64,000 bases of DNA, taken from NCBI RefSeq assembly GCF_009914755.1, contig NC_060925.1. The stretch is one strand, 5' to 3'. Origin of the DNA: the human T2T-CHM13v2.0 reference genome, Homo sapiens. The translations under genes and the position numbers were made by a program. Below are positions 29,390-44,931 of this stretch, piece by piece. The stretch's first letter is position 1. Every line of letters starts with the position of its first letter. Below the pieces are notes generated by a model that was not told the origin of the DNA, searched no databases, and saw nothing but the letters and a program-made list of their open reading frames with translations.

Positions 29390-30790
29390 TTAAGGCAGTG
29401 TTTGTGTGAAGTGTGTGGTGCAGTGTGTGCAGCAGGGGTGCTGCCTTGCAAGCTGTGCGCACAGAACGGGGTGTGCAGCGGTCAGCGCACACGTTACCAT
29501 CAGGCAGTGGGGAAGGGGCAGTGTGTGCAGGAGGCACTGCATGCTGTATGGGCTGTGTATGCAGCGCGCAGTGTTTGTGTGCACGTGTGTGCGTCAGGCA
29601 GTGCGTGGTGTGGTGGTAAGCAGGTAGTGAGTACCTTATGGGCTATGTATACAGCAAGGCATATGCATCAGGCAGTGTGTGGGCAGTAGGCAGTGTGTGT
29701 GTGTGTTATCAGGCAGTATATGTGTGCGGTGTGCCGTGCGGCAGGCTACCTGTGTTTATATCGGGTAGTGTGTGTGTGTTTATGTGCAGCAAGGGTGTGC
29801 AGTAGGTGTGCAGTAGACTGTGTGCAGCAGGCAGTGTGTGTGTGTGTACAGCAGGTGGTGTGCAGCAGGCAGTGTGTGTATGTATCAGGCGGGGTGTGGT
29901 GTGTGTTTATGTGCAGCATGCGGCGAGTACTTTGTGTGGTGTACAGCAGGTGGTGTGCGGCAGGCTGTGTGTATGTATCAGGCTCTGTGTGTGTGTGTGT
30001 GTGTTTGTACAGCAGGTGGTGTGCAGCAGGCAGTGTGTTTATCAGGCAGTGTGTGGTGTGTGTGTGCATCTTTATGTGCAGCGAGTAGTTTGTGGGGTGT
30101 GCAGCAGGTGGTGTGTAGCAGGCTATGTATGTATCAGGCTGTGTGTGTGTGTGCGCGCGTGTGTACAGCAGGTGGTGTGTAGCAAGCTGTGTGTATGTGT
30201 CAGGCAGTGTGTTTATGTGTGTGTGTCCAGCAGGTGGTGTGTAGCAGGCTGTGTATGTATCAGGCAGTGTGTGTGTGCGCAGCGGGTAGTTTGCAGGGGT
30301 GTACAGCAAGCAGTGTGCATGGTATGTACAGCAGATGGTGTGCAGCAGGCAGTGTGTGTGTGTGTGTGTGTACAATAGGTGGCATGCAGTGGGCAGTGCA
30401 TTTGTGTGCATGCAGCAGGCTGTGTGGTGTGTACAGCAGGTGGTGTGCAGCAGACTGTGTGTTTGTATGCATCAGGCCGTGTGTGTGTGCAGCAGGCAGT
30501 GTGTGTGTGTGTACATGCGCACACGCAACAGGCACTATATTTGTGCAGCAGGCCATGTGTGTGGTGCATACAGCAGGTGGTGTGCAGCAGGCTGTGTGCT
30601 TGTACATGCAGCACATGGTGTATGTGTGTGGATGTCAGACAATGCATGTGCATGTGTGTGGAGTGCACAGCAGGTGATGTGCAGCAGGCTGTGTGTGTAG
30701 GTGTGCCTCGGGAGTGTGTGGGGGTGGGAGTGGACAGCAGGTGGTGTGTGCCTTACCACCTGTGTGGGCAGCAGCAGGAGTGGGCAGCAA
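29390..30790. repeat. GT-rich complex minisatellite (CAGCAGGTGGTGTG / CAGCAGGCAGTGTG / (TG)n units)
   Basis: 10 copies of CAGCAGGTG interspersed with (TG)n and TATCAGGC. Confidence 0.92.
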
Positions 30791-32276
30791 GCAGCCCGAG
30801 CTGAAGTGTGGTGGGGTCAGTCTGGCACTGGCAGGAGGTCGGAGATGCTGTGTCTGGGCTCATTGTCTCTGGGACCCCGCAGGATCCCTGTTTGGAGCTG
30901 TTGGTCCGCCAGGAAGTTCGACAGAGTTGGATGTGGCCAGAATGGTCTGGCTGAGCTGTTCTCAGCACCTGTTGTGGTCGACCTCAGCAGCTCCTCTGTA
31001 GCCAGGCCAGGAGGTGGGGTGCACCAGATAGGGATCCTGCCCAGACCTGCCTGCAGGAGGTCTTGGGACCCTTTCCTCTCCCTCCCCTACCCCACCAAGC
31101 CCACAGTCCCTTCTGTCTGTTCCCACCTGGCCTCAGTGTCCAGCCAGCACCATACCACCTATGCCATGCGGGCCAGGGAATCCAGGTGTCTCGATGGAGT
31201 GCCTGGTGTTGCCAGCCTTGGAGCAGGCTCTGCGGAAGGGCTGTCCGGCACATGAAGTAGTGACCAGGGTGGGGGCTAATCAGTGCTGTACTGGGCTTGG
31301 ACCTCTGGGTTCTGCAGGAGCTCTGACCCTGGCTGGCTTTGGGGCTCGTGGGATGACGAAGGACCTCTTGATATACCCCCTGACCACTCCACAACACAGT
31401 CCTTTTGGAAATAGCCCTAGAGACAGAGGGTCAATGATAGACATATGACCCTGTCCTGAGGTATCCTGGGCTGGGCTGGAACTGGAGCAGAGCTGGTGAG
31501 GGAGCTTACATTTGCAAGATGGGTACATGTGTGTTTTCTCAAGGAGTCATCTCTCCCTGCTCCACCTCCTTCCCTGCTCCAAACCTGTATATTCCTTCCA
31601 CCCATGGTGGAATGACTTGGCCCAGGCCTGACTTTGATGGCTGGGGAGTTGGGTAAAGGGCTATTGCAGGCACAAGATGGCTTCCCAAGTGGCAAGATGT
31701 GATCCCTTTCTATTGTCTACATGTGTGTCTGGGGTAACAGTCTGCTTTGGCAGAAGCTGGGGCTGTCAACTACCTGATTTGCAGCACAGAGGATGTAGAA
31801 GTGGCCCCAGAACCTGGAACCCAAGCCAGCTTCTACCTCTCCCTTAGCAACTGAGGCATGACCTGTATACCCCTGGTCCAGCTGCTGTAGTCCTCTGTGA
31901 CCTGTCCTTACACCCCCATGACTGCAGTAGATTTCAGATCCACGCAGACATGAGGTTCTACAATCATTTCCTGGAGGTTCTAGGCCTCAGGGATGGGGAT
32001 GGGAGAGGTATTAAGTAAGTTCTCCTGTTTTTATTAGCTGTGATCTGCCTTGAGGCGCCCAAGTGGATTCCCTTCCGAATGGGTGCTCCTGTTTAGTAGG
32101 TGGTACTCCTGCCTCTTCTGTTAGCCATGGACACTGGGCACTTCCCCTGTGCCCAGCCTGCCCCCCTGCCCCTATACTCACAGGTACTTGTAAGGCCCAC
32201 TGTACGTGTTCCCTAGCCTCATGACCACGGTGGAGCCAATGGCTCTGGGAACAGGCTCACCAGGATGGCGGTTTAA

Positions 32277-32655
<379 letters not shown>

Positions 32656-32659
32656 CTGA

Positions 32660-32959
<300 letters not shown>

Positions 32960-33001
32960 AAATTTTAATCAGAGCAATGACGTGATCAAACTTAAGCTTC
33001 A

Positions 33002-33469
<468 letters not shown>

Positions 33470-35849
33470 CTACCTGTAGGATTGGGAAGGTGCAAGGCTC
33501 CAGGTTCCTGGCTCTGGGGCTGGGTAGGTGGGGGTGCCATTTCTAAGATTCATGTACTAGAGGAGGACCAGGTTTGAGGAGGCGAGTTGGTGAGTCCAGT
33601 TAGAAATCTGTTGAGCCAGGTGTGCGCAGGCATCCAGGGAGGTGTCAAAGAGGCCTCGTACACATTTGCCTGGCACTCCGGGGGACATCTGAAGTTGGAA
33701 TCTTACAGGCTGAGAAATAGCAAATCTCAGGAGGCCAGAGCCAGGACAGAAGGAGCCCCAGGAACCGACTCTCCATGTTGGGAGGAGGTTCCTGAGAGAC
33801 TGGAGGGAAACTGGGAGTGTGTGAGGTCAAGAAATGCCAAGAGAAAAAAGTGTGCGAAGGAGGAGGAGTGGTCAGCAGGGCGGGGTGCTGCCGAGAGGCC
33901 CGGCATGTGTCCTTAACAGTTAGTTCGGTGGAGCCATTGTTGGCTTTGGTGTTGGGAGACAGCAGGGCTGAGAAGTGAGAGGGAGGCTATCAGTGTCTGT
34001 AGTGACTGGAAGGGCCCGAACCTAGGGAGTGAATGGATGACAAGAGTCTCCCTGGAGTAGGACTGAGGTTGGGGAGCCACTGAAGGAGAGTCCAGTGTGG
34101 GCCCGAGTCTGGAACTCCAGTGTGGGTCGGGTGTATGCGCAGGGCATGGCCCCTGGGTTCTTGTGGTGGGGAGGCCTCAACTGGGTTGAGTAGGGCGATG
34201 TGGGGTGCCAGGGAAACCCGAGGAAGGAGGGGATGACTGGGAGGGGGACGCCGTGCCTGCCAACAGGCCCCAAACAGCTCAGATTGAAAAACAAAACAGG
34301 CTTTTAAGATGCCAAGTTTGATGAAATCTGAGTGCTGGAAGAGGTGGGAGTTTGCTCTTGGAAAAACAGCTGAAAATCGAGACTCAAAGCTGCGAAGGGA
34401 GATGGGCCCAAGGCTCCCCAGGCCCCCCTTACTGCCTGGAAGCCTGGGGGTGGGGCTGGGCTCTCTGGGAGAGTGTGGGAGCGTGCAGATCTGGCAGCCT
34501 TCGACTTTTGGAAGGCGTCTGGCTCTGGCCCTGCTGAGGATGGAGCTGCTGGAGGTGGCCTTGGCTTCTGTGGAGCGGCTGAAGGGCAGGGGGAGCCAGC
34601 AGCCCTGCCACCTACGAGGTTCCTTCATGTGTCTCGTCCCTGCATGTGTCTCCAGGCGCACGTGTTTTGGCATAGGTGTGTCTGGCTGTGCATGTCTCCA
34701 CATGTGTGTTTGCGTGTCTCTGTGTGCACCGCCTCTGGATCTGCTTGCATGCGCCTGTTTCCACAGGTGCTAGTCACTGCAGGTGCCCCTCCACATGCAC
34801 ATGTAGGTTTCTATTTTTACACCTGTCTGTTTCTCCATGTATATTTCTGTGGGTTCCTGGCTGTGCATGTTTCTATGGTGTCTGTGTGTTGAGAGGCAGG
34901 GTGAGGCCAGGCCCAACACTCAAGCTTAGGGGAGGCGGTCAGGCTCACAGACGGTGCCACCCCAGGGGGCCTGTGTCTGTGTGTGCGGGTGCGTGCCTGC
35001 GTTTGCACGGAGACGCCACGAAGCTGGGTAAACATGGGTGAAAAGGTCATACTGACAGACGGTGCTGCCTGCCCCAGGACCCTGCAAGGCGTCTCCATCT
35101 GTCAGCTTCCCTGGTGCAGCCCCCTCCCTCTGGCCCAGAGACTCACCCTCAGGCGTCCAAGGCTGAGCTGGACAAAGAGACCTGTGTGTACTTTGTAGGG
35201 GGCCTCAGCAGCCTCCACCCCCATCTTAGGCTCCTCTGTCAGGACCCCAACACATGCCCCAGCTCCCACCAGACTCGCCTTGGTACTGTCATCCCACCAC
35301 CTTCCCCCACAACAGCCTTTACAAAGGCAGTTTTCCCCTCCTCCCTGGAAAGCTTTCTGCCTCCCATGCTCATGTGTTTCCTGTTCTTGAATCTCCCTCC
35401 TCCAGGAAGCCACCAAGATAGCAAGTGAGCTGTGGAGTCAAACCGATCAGCTCCAACACTGCTGTGGGAGGTTAGCCAAGCGCTCATCCACTTCTGAACC
35501 TTGGATTCCCACCATCGACCCCCGACCCTCCCCTCGCTAGGGCTTGTCATCGTCTTCTGCCCATGGGGCAACCAAACCTCTCCACGGAAGGGGACAGGTC
35601 TCCTTGCTGCAGTGGGTAAAGGCCAGCGCAGTTAGGTGCAGGAGGCATTCACACACACGTGCACACTCCCCACCTTGCACACATATCTGCGTGAGCCGGG
35701 GAGACCCTAGGGAATGTGTGTGCATGTTGTCTATGCATGCGGGTAGAATCCGCAAACGGTGTGGAGACTCGGGCTCTTGGGTACCTCTGAAGGCCCCTGA
35801 AGTCCCCATGGGCTTCTCCTTCCGTCCAGGGCACCCTCTTATCAGGCCA

Positions 35850-36490
35850 TGGCCCTGAGACGCGTAGTGCAGACGCCCCCGGCGCTGAGGCTGAGGAGGC
35901 AGATGGCCCCTCCCCGCACTGTGCAGGGCACCCGGTTGGGGGTGGAGGGGAGGGCCGCGTCGGTGAAGCGGGAAAGCCTAGTGGGAGGATTCCCTGGAGC
36001 TGAGGAGCCGGGGCCTGGGAAGGGGCGCAGAGGCTCCACCCAGGCGGGGGCGGGAAGGGCGGTGCCGGGGCGGACAGCGGACGCGCGCGCCTGCACGGAC
36101 TCGGGCACACGCAGCCCTTCCGCGGCAGCGCCCGCCGCTCCACCGTCGCCATGGCTACCGGCTGGCCTGGAGCGGGGAGGGGCCCTTCCTCCCCTTCGGC
36201 GCCAACAGGAGGCGATTTGAGGGGACTCAGCGTGACTGGTGCATCCCGGGGTTGGAAAATGGGTGGGTGCTTGCGACTGTCCACGTGTGGGGGACCCTGG
36301 GGTTCGCTTTGCGGTAGATGCAAACGCCGCGGCGCGTGTGCGGGGCTCTGCAGTGGAGCCTGAGCCCTGCCGGCCGAGGCGTGGTGTGGGGGAGGCTGCC
36401 GGCCCTCTCGCGCGCGGGGTGTTCACGCCTAGAGCGCTGGGGCTGGGGGCCTACCACCCGGTCTCCTCCCAGCCCCACCTCCGATTTAGC
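35850..36490. promoter_or_regulatory. Intragenic CpG island in intron 5 (promoter-like)
   Basis: Abrupt CpG enrichment; GC boxes near 36046, 36067 and 36174; X-box-like GTCGCCATGGCTAC 36145-36158. Confidence 0.8.
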
Positions 36491-38002
36491 TGTGTGACCT
36501 TGGGCAGGTGTCCAGATGTCTAGATCTCTCTCAGCCCCTGGTTGCCCATGTACCTCATAAGGGTTTGGTAAAGATTTAAGTCATTTTGTAAAGCATTTTA
36601 ACATAGTACCTGGAACCTAGTAAATGCTTCATAAATCTTACTGTCCCTCATACCTGGGTCTCAGTTTTCCCAGTTGTTGATGGGTTTGGAGTGATCATGT
36701 GACATCATCTGAGGAGTTGCCCAGGTCCTCAGCCTGAGTGTTGAGGCTGCGGTAGACCCAGCTTCCGCGGGTGCCCGTGGGGGAAGGTGGTAAGTGTGCC
36801 AGTCTGGCTGATAGATCAGTTTACACCAGGATGCCCAGTGCTCAGCCAGGCCAGGCGCATGGTGGGCGTCAGGAAAGGGCTGCTGTACTTGGCTGAGTTG
36901 AATGTTCAGAGGCGCCTGGATGGGAGAGAAGGAAGAGGCAGCAGCAAGTCGCTCCTGAGGGGCTGGAGCCCTCCTGTAAGACCCACTTCCCTTCCCGGGT
37001 GGCAGAGTGGCAGACTTCCGAGTGCTGCCTAGAAGCCTAGTTGGCACAGGGGACTGGCTTTTGGGTCCCGCTGTTTTATGGACAGCTCTCCACACATTCT
37101 GGTTTTAGGCTCTGGCGGCAGTGCCTGAGGGATGATCTGAGCCAAGGACAGAGCCACTGAGGGCGTGATAATTGAGGGAGGAAAATTAATTGTCCTTAAT
37201 TTGGCGTAAATCCCAAAGACCTTCCTCGTGTAAGGAATTCAGAGTAGATTCCGAGACACAGGGCTGCACACATTTGTACTTCCCTTCCCTTCCCTATCTG
37301 CGGGTGGAGATGAAGGCCACTTGACTCCTGGGCCCTGACTCTGGCAGGCCATGGCCACGTCTTCCCCATGAGCTGGGCAGGTAGGAATGAGGTCTTGAAA
37401 GAGTTAGACTGGTGCTCTGGAGGGCACCCAGGATGGCCCTAGCAGCCCCGAGTGTCCCCAGGTGTTGGGGAGGTGAGCCCTGCACCTCTGGTCCCCCTCA
37501 GGCCTTCCTATGGAAGCAAGCAGCAGCTGGGCCAAAGGAGGCTGATCCCCTGCCTGGTGCATCTCAGTCCTCTTCATTTCCGTCCTCCTTCCCTTCTCTT
37601 GCCACTGTTGAACATTTTACTTTTAAAAATCTGAAAGGGCACTGTGGGATCATATTTACAGCCAAGGAGACACTGGGTTTATATCCAGAACTTCTAGGGC
37701 TGCAGGTGGGGAAACGTACAGCCAGGTCCCAGGAAAGGCTGGGGCGGCAAGGCCGTGCTGGGAATCCTATTGCTCTCTAGCCTGAGACCTCTGCTCCTCA
37801 TGGGCCACAGTCCCTTTGGGATGTCCCTGGCAGCTAGAGCCTTGGGGAGCATCCCCTGGGACTGGCAGCAGATAGATAGGTATCTTGCTCCTGCCTGTTG
37901 GGGCTCGTCCAACTCCCTCTTCTACCCGCCCCCCAGTCGCTCTCCCTGGGTCTCCAAGAGGCTCCAGGGAGGGCTAGTTTCTGCCAGCCTTTACCTTCTT
38001 CA

Positions 38003-38604
<602 letters not shown>

Positions 38605-39834
38605 CTAGAGTGGAAAAGGGAGTTCCCGACTCTAGTCTCAATACCTGTCTGCCCCAGTGGCTCAGCCCTTACTAGTTACACCAGCTAATATTCACTGGGA
38701 GTGAATTCCGCATCAGATGCTCCGCAACACCTTGCATGCATGATCAGATACAGACCTCACAGTAGCCTTACCATCAAGGTGGGCACTTGAACCCTGTGTA
38801 CAGATAAAGGAGACAAAGAATGAGTAACATGCCAGGCCCTAAAGCTAGTTCGTGGTGAACGTGGGAGTCCCATTTGATCTATACTAGTCCTGAGCCTGTC
38901 CTGGACTTGTGCTTCCAAGGGGTGGAGAGTAGATAGCCTTGCCCTGCAGCCCCTCGGGGCTGATATGGGAGCCCATGTACAGTGGGAGTGGGTTTGCTGC
39001 TGACATCTGTTCCTCTTACTCTATGCTAGTGACTCCTCTGTGTGCCGCCAACCCCTAGCAAGCTGGGAGAAGGCAGCCAGGAGGGAGTTTTTTCTCCCCC
39101 TACCAACTTTTTGTGTCTTTAGAGCTTTTTTATCTCCTTTGCCTCCACACACTCAGGCATGGTCTGCAGCCCTGACCGTGACTCCCAGGGTCAGGACTAA
39201 GTGAGGGAGAAAGCTCAAGGTCAAGGCTGCAGTAACGAATAGGTCAAGGTCAGGATCGGAGTTAGAAGGGGATCATTGGTAGGGCTGGGGGTGCCCCGGG
39301 TCAGGGCTAGAGACCAGGCGGTGACCTGGGGCTCTGCCATGTGATAGAGCTGAAGGCTGGATGAAGGGAACACTGTGTGTGCGGACAGGGGAGAGGGGGC
39401 TGGACAGCACAGAGGCCTTCAGGCTGAGCTGTGGCTGTTGGATGCTGCGCGAGCTCCCTGCTAGCCCCCCCCCCAACCCCCTGCAGCCCCAGCATTCATG
39501 CAGTGCTTTCTGCTGTGACCAGCAGAGCATTGATTCTCGTTCTTCTCAGGGCCTGGAGAGATAAGTGCTGACGCCTTCAGTCTGAGGCGTTGCCTCTCAG
39601 ACCTGGAAACTCCCTGACAGGGCAGGGGTGGGCCCCACTGCAGCCTCTGCCCTGCCAAAGAGACTTAGGACCCTGGTTCCTCAAATCGGGGTATGCTTCA
39701 TGCTTAGAAGTCAAGGAAAGGGGAGGGGAGTCTTGAGGGCCCTGGCCAACCTGCAGTTGGGGAGGTTACCCCCAGAGGGGTCATAGGGGGCAGGCAGAGC
39801 CAGCCCTAATACACACATTGCTGTTTGTCTGCAG

Positions 39835-40023
39835 AGGAACAGCTGCCCCCTGGGTTCCCTTCCATCGACATGGGGCCTCAGCTGAAGGTGGTGGAGAAGG
39901 CACGCACAGCCACCATGCTATGTGCCGCAGGCGGAAATCCAGACCCTGAGATTTCTTGGTTCAAGGACTTCCTTCCTGTAGACCCTGCCACGAGCAACGG
40001 CCGCATCAAGCAGCTGCGTTCAG
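39835..40023 (+). CDS. PTPRF: PTPRF exon 6: Ig2 N-half
   Basis: gcag|AGGAA...TCAG|gtgagc; [63 protein letters not shown]; 189 nt. Confidence 0.98.
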
Positions 40024-43000
40024 GTGAGCAGAGGGCAGGGGTCAAAGGGCCATGCAGACCTCAGAACAAGCGTCTTGTCAGATCCCAGCACAGCCTACTC
40101 CCTTGGGCCTGGGCACCTCCAGGGCTGAGCGGAGGGTACCTGGTGGGGTGGGCTGGGTCTTACTGCAGGTGTGCCTGGCTCAGGGAAGAGAGCTCGTGGT
40201 TGGCTGTGCCGTTACCTTCTTCGGATTGTCAGACTCCAGACTTTGGGCCAGTTCTGCCCCTCCCAGCACATGTGATGTGCCAGTGTGGTGGACTCTTCAA
40301 GGGTGCTCTATGGATGTTCACCCTCCTCCTTCCCTGTAGCCTGGCCTGAGACAGGGCCTGGATGATGCTTCTCTTTGCTTCCTCAGATGGCAGGGCTTAG
40401 CTGGGAAAAGAGGCTAAAGGTGCCTGATTCATCAGGCTTCAAAAGGCTGGATCTCAGGGGCCTGGAACTAAGGGGACTTGCTGTTGTCCCTCGACCACCA
40501 GAGCCACCTGTCTCCTCTGGATGTCTCCGTCGAGCCAGCTCGGAGCCCTGGGAGCAAGGATGCCATCGTGCAGGAGGGAGGTGTCACCCCATTGATCGAT
40601 CTGCCTGTGAGGCTCCTGCCAGGATAATTGATTCAGTTTTTGTGGGAACAGAGCAGGCAGGAAAAGAGGCTCAGAATCAGCTTGGCTGCATTCTGCATCT
40701 GCTGCCAGCACGGCCTGGACCAATAGTCTTTGCTTCAGAAGCCCTCCTGCTAGCTATGGGATGGTTGGCCTCGGGCAGGATGGCCAGTGCCGGCCAGAGC
40801 CCCTTCTGCCTGTCAGTTGTGATGTCAATGATGAAAAGGAGGACATGACTCTTGCCCCTTTCAGGGGCCTGCAGGCTTCAGAGGTGCCCTCCCACTCCCT
40901 GGGATGCCAGCCCCTCCCCATCAATTCCCACCAGCCTCACAGCCCCTTGGTGCCCAGCAGGAGGAGGGAGAGACAAGCTGCCCAGCAGGGCAAGATTCTG
41001 GCCCCAGCCACGGCCGCCTGAGACAGCCCACGAAGTGTTAGCTCATTTAATTTAATTAAAACTCAACAAGATGGAGGCAGCTGTAGCGCAGTTAATTAAA
41101 ACAGCCATAATCAAGGCAGCAAACGGCCGGCAGTGTTTGTGGCCGCTGCCCAGCGCAGCACAGCGGCCAGCACGGTTCGGCTCCTCTGCATTTTCTCATA
41201 GTTCCTCCAGGCAGGCTCCCCAAGCAGCCAGACGCTCCTCCCTGCTGGCCTGGGCCCCTCCACAGAACCACATGGACTTGTCTGGCAGCAGCTCTGGGAA
41301 GGCTCGCTCACACATTGGTTCATCTAGTATTTATATAGTGCTTGGGGTGCCCGGCCCTGGGCCACCCCTTCCTTGCCTATCACTCCACTGGATGCCACTC
41401 AGGCCCCATCCTCCTTGTCCTCTCGGCAGCAGCTAACATTCCTCCCTCCTTCCCAACCACACTCCCATTTTTCCCTAGCCTTTCAGGGCTCTGTCTCTTG
41501 CGACTTCCCTCTTCCTAGTGCCCCTTCCCTGCAGCAGCATCTTCCCTTCCACCAAGCCCTGCCTTTGCCCTATGGACACAGCCTTGCCCTGGACGAGCTC
41601 ACCCCCTCCTAAAGCTCCAACTGCCATCTCCTCACCTGCAACTCTAGCTTTAGTCTTTCCAGCCCAAACCTCTTACCTGAGCTCTAGATCCAAAATTCGA
41701 CCTGCCTTCTGGTCACCCTGACCAGTGGTGATCAGTGATGAGTGATGACCTTCTTTTCAGACAGCTGTACCCTCTTTCCATAAGTGGCACCCTCCAACCT
41801 GGAACATGGGTCTCAAGTTGGTTTGAGAGCTCTCAAATGTACCACCCTCGTGGCTCTCAAATTGGCCCCCTTCTCCCCTCCTGCTGCGTCAGTCCTATCC
41901 CAGGCACCAGACACTGCTTTCCCTGCCTCCGGGCCCTCCCGAGAATCCATCATCCTGTAGGTCAGGTTTGCTGCTCATACCTTCCTGTGCCTCAGTGGTG
42001 TCTCCTTGCCTACCTGGTCAAGTGACGCTCCCAAGCAAGGCTTAGAGGGCCCTTCTTGGTCTTCCCCTGCCCGTGTCTCATCGGGTCCTGGCTACACCAC
42101 TTACCAGCTCTCTGGCATTGGTTAACTTTTTCGTGTGTCAGTTTTCTCATGTTTGAAAAGGAGTTACAGTAAGCAGTGAGTGAGTCAATGGCAGTCAAAC
42201 CTTGAGTTGATGGCCTGGCCTCTGGTAAGGGCTTCATGGAGCTCTTTCTACTTTCTGTGCCCTTGACCCTCCTAACACTGAGCTGTGCTGACCCGTCCTT
42301 GGTCCTTGCCCACCTCCGGCCCTCTGCTCACCTTCCGGCTGCTCCACTTGAAAACCTCCACCCTGCTCAGCCTCTGGCTGCTGCCTCAGGCCTCACCTTG
42401 CTTTACATTGTCACCATCTGGCTCCAGTTCTGCTCAGCTAGGCCTTGCAGGGAGGGCCTGGGTCTGATCACACTTGGTGAGGTCAGCTGTAGGACAGGTC
42501 TTCTCTGAGCCCTTGTCAAGTGAATGATTTCATGAACTTGACCTTTGGCACTTGTCCCTGTAGGCTAATATCTGCTCTAATGTTCACTCCTCCTTCTGCT
42601 TTCCAGGTCCAAGGAAGACTTCCTTATTTGTCTTCCTGCCACCTGGAAGTTGTGACCTCAGGGTCGTGGGCCCAGGGTCCAGCTCCTGGGATGGAGCCAG
42701 ATGGCACCTAAGGGGCCTCAACCATCCCACCTCTGCAGTAATAACTGGGCTCTCTCCCCTCCCTGCCTGACCTGGCCTGGGACCGTTGGCCTCAGTTGTT
42801 GCTGGCCTTATCCCATTACCATTTAGAAGGGTGCTAAGGCTATTCCGTGCACATTTTTCAGGGACAGCCCTTCATGGAGTGGACTCAGGCCCCTGAGCAC
42901 TCAGCTGTTTACCGGGACCTTTACGGTTTACGCATCACCGACAGTTTACAACAGAGCTTTCCCCGCTTTTGTTGCAGCTGATTCTCTTGCAGCCCTGTGA

Positions 43001-44142
43001 AGTAGGACAGGCTGTGATTACCATGCCCCCTTCACAGCTGAGTTAAGGGAGTCACTTGGGGTCACACATCGAGACTCGGCCTAGGAGCTCCCCTGTGAGA
43101 TCACCTCAGGACCTAGTATCACAATAGCAAACCTGGGGACCTGAGGAGCAGCTGGACCCTTCTGGGGCTTCAGAGCTGCACATTCCCAGCTTCTCCAGAC
43201 CCCAGGCCCCCACTGACCAGTACCCAGAAGTCCTCCACCATCTGCAACCTGAGCCACAGCACATCTAACCAGGGCATGACCCCCCAAGTAGGAGCTGGAC
43301 AGGAGGTAGCTGACGGCATGCGCTGCCCAGATGTGAGCTCTGCTCAGCAGGCCTTTTCTTCTCTGTAGTGATGTGACATGCTGCCAAAACCACCTCCTGG
43401 AGAATTGGAACTTGAGACCGGGGTAGGCCCAGGAGGAACAGGAACAAGCTTATAGAGTGGAAATGGAGTTGTGAGCAGGGGCTCAGAGCCCCTGCTGGGT
43501 CCTGAGAGGAGCTGTTGGCCTGCAGGCTGTGCCGAGCCTGGACAGGGCTTGAGGAGATTCCCGCACTCCTGCTGTGGCCTGAACATATGAGCTGCCATCC
43601 TTTGTCGTAGAGGACAGCCTAACTCACTAAGTCCATGTGCTCATCCAGAGAGCAGTCTCTTCCCCACCCCCAGCACCCTGAGGCGAAACCTGGGGGTCTT
43701 AAGAAGAGATGCAGCATCTGGCTGCAGGAGGAGGCCCGTGGGTGGGACGCAGAGGGCTTGCAGCCCCTCACCCTGCTGGCTGGCCCCAGCTCTGGCTGGA
43801 AGAGCCTGTCCCCACCCCACTCTGCTCTGCCATCTGCGGGGCCTGCCAGGAAGGCACACTGCCAGTGCATGCTCACAATTTCCCTTTGGCCCAGAGCTCC
43901 CTGGCACCTCTTGGACACGAATACACCCCTAAGGATGCTGACTTCTGGGCCCCTTCAGTCCCCCACACCCATCTTGTGAAATGGAAAAGTCAGATTCTCT
44001 GTTTGGTGGGGAAATTACTGTTAGATTCTTTCAGAATAGGTTAGGTTCTGGAAGAGCTGAGGCCAGGAGCGAGGGATGCCAGCCCTGGACCATATCCACT
44101 GCTCCCACCCCCACCAAGTCCTGGCGTGGATGACAGGAGATC

Positions 44143-44931
<789 letters not shown>

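Noticed and set aside
29849-30745. CTCF-site array or CRISPR-like repeat-spacer array
   Set aside because: Units deviate from the CTCF core (GGTG instead of GGCG). The spacers are themselves repetitive and variable in length, and the context is eukaryotic with no cas genes.
29324-31001. Cys-rich and His/Thr-rich ORFs resembling metallothionein or keratin-associated proteins
   Set aside because: Translations of the (TG)n minisatellite in all six frames.
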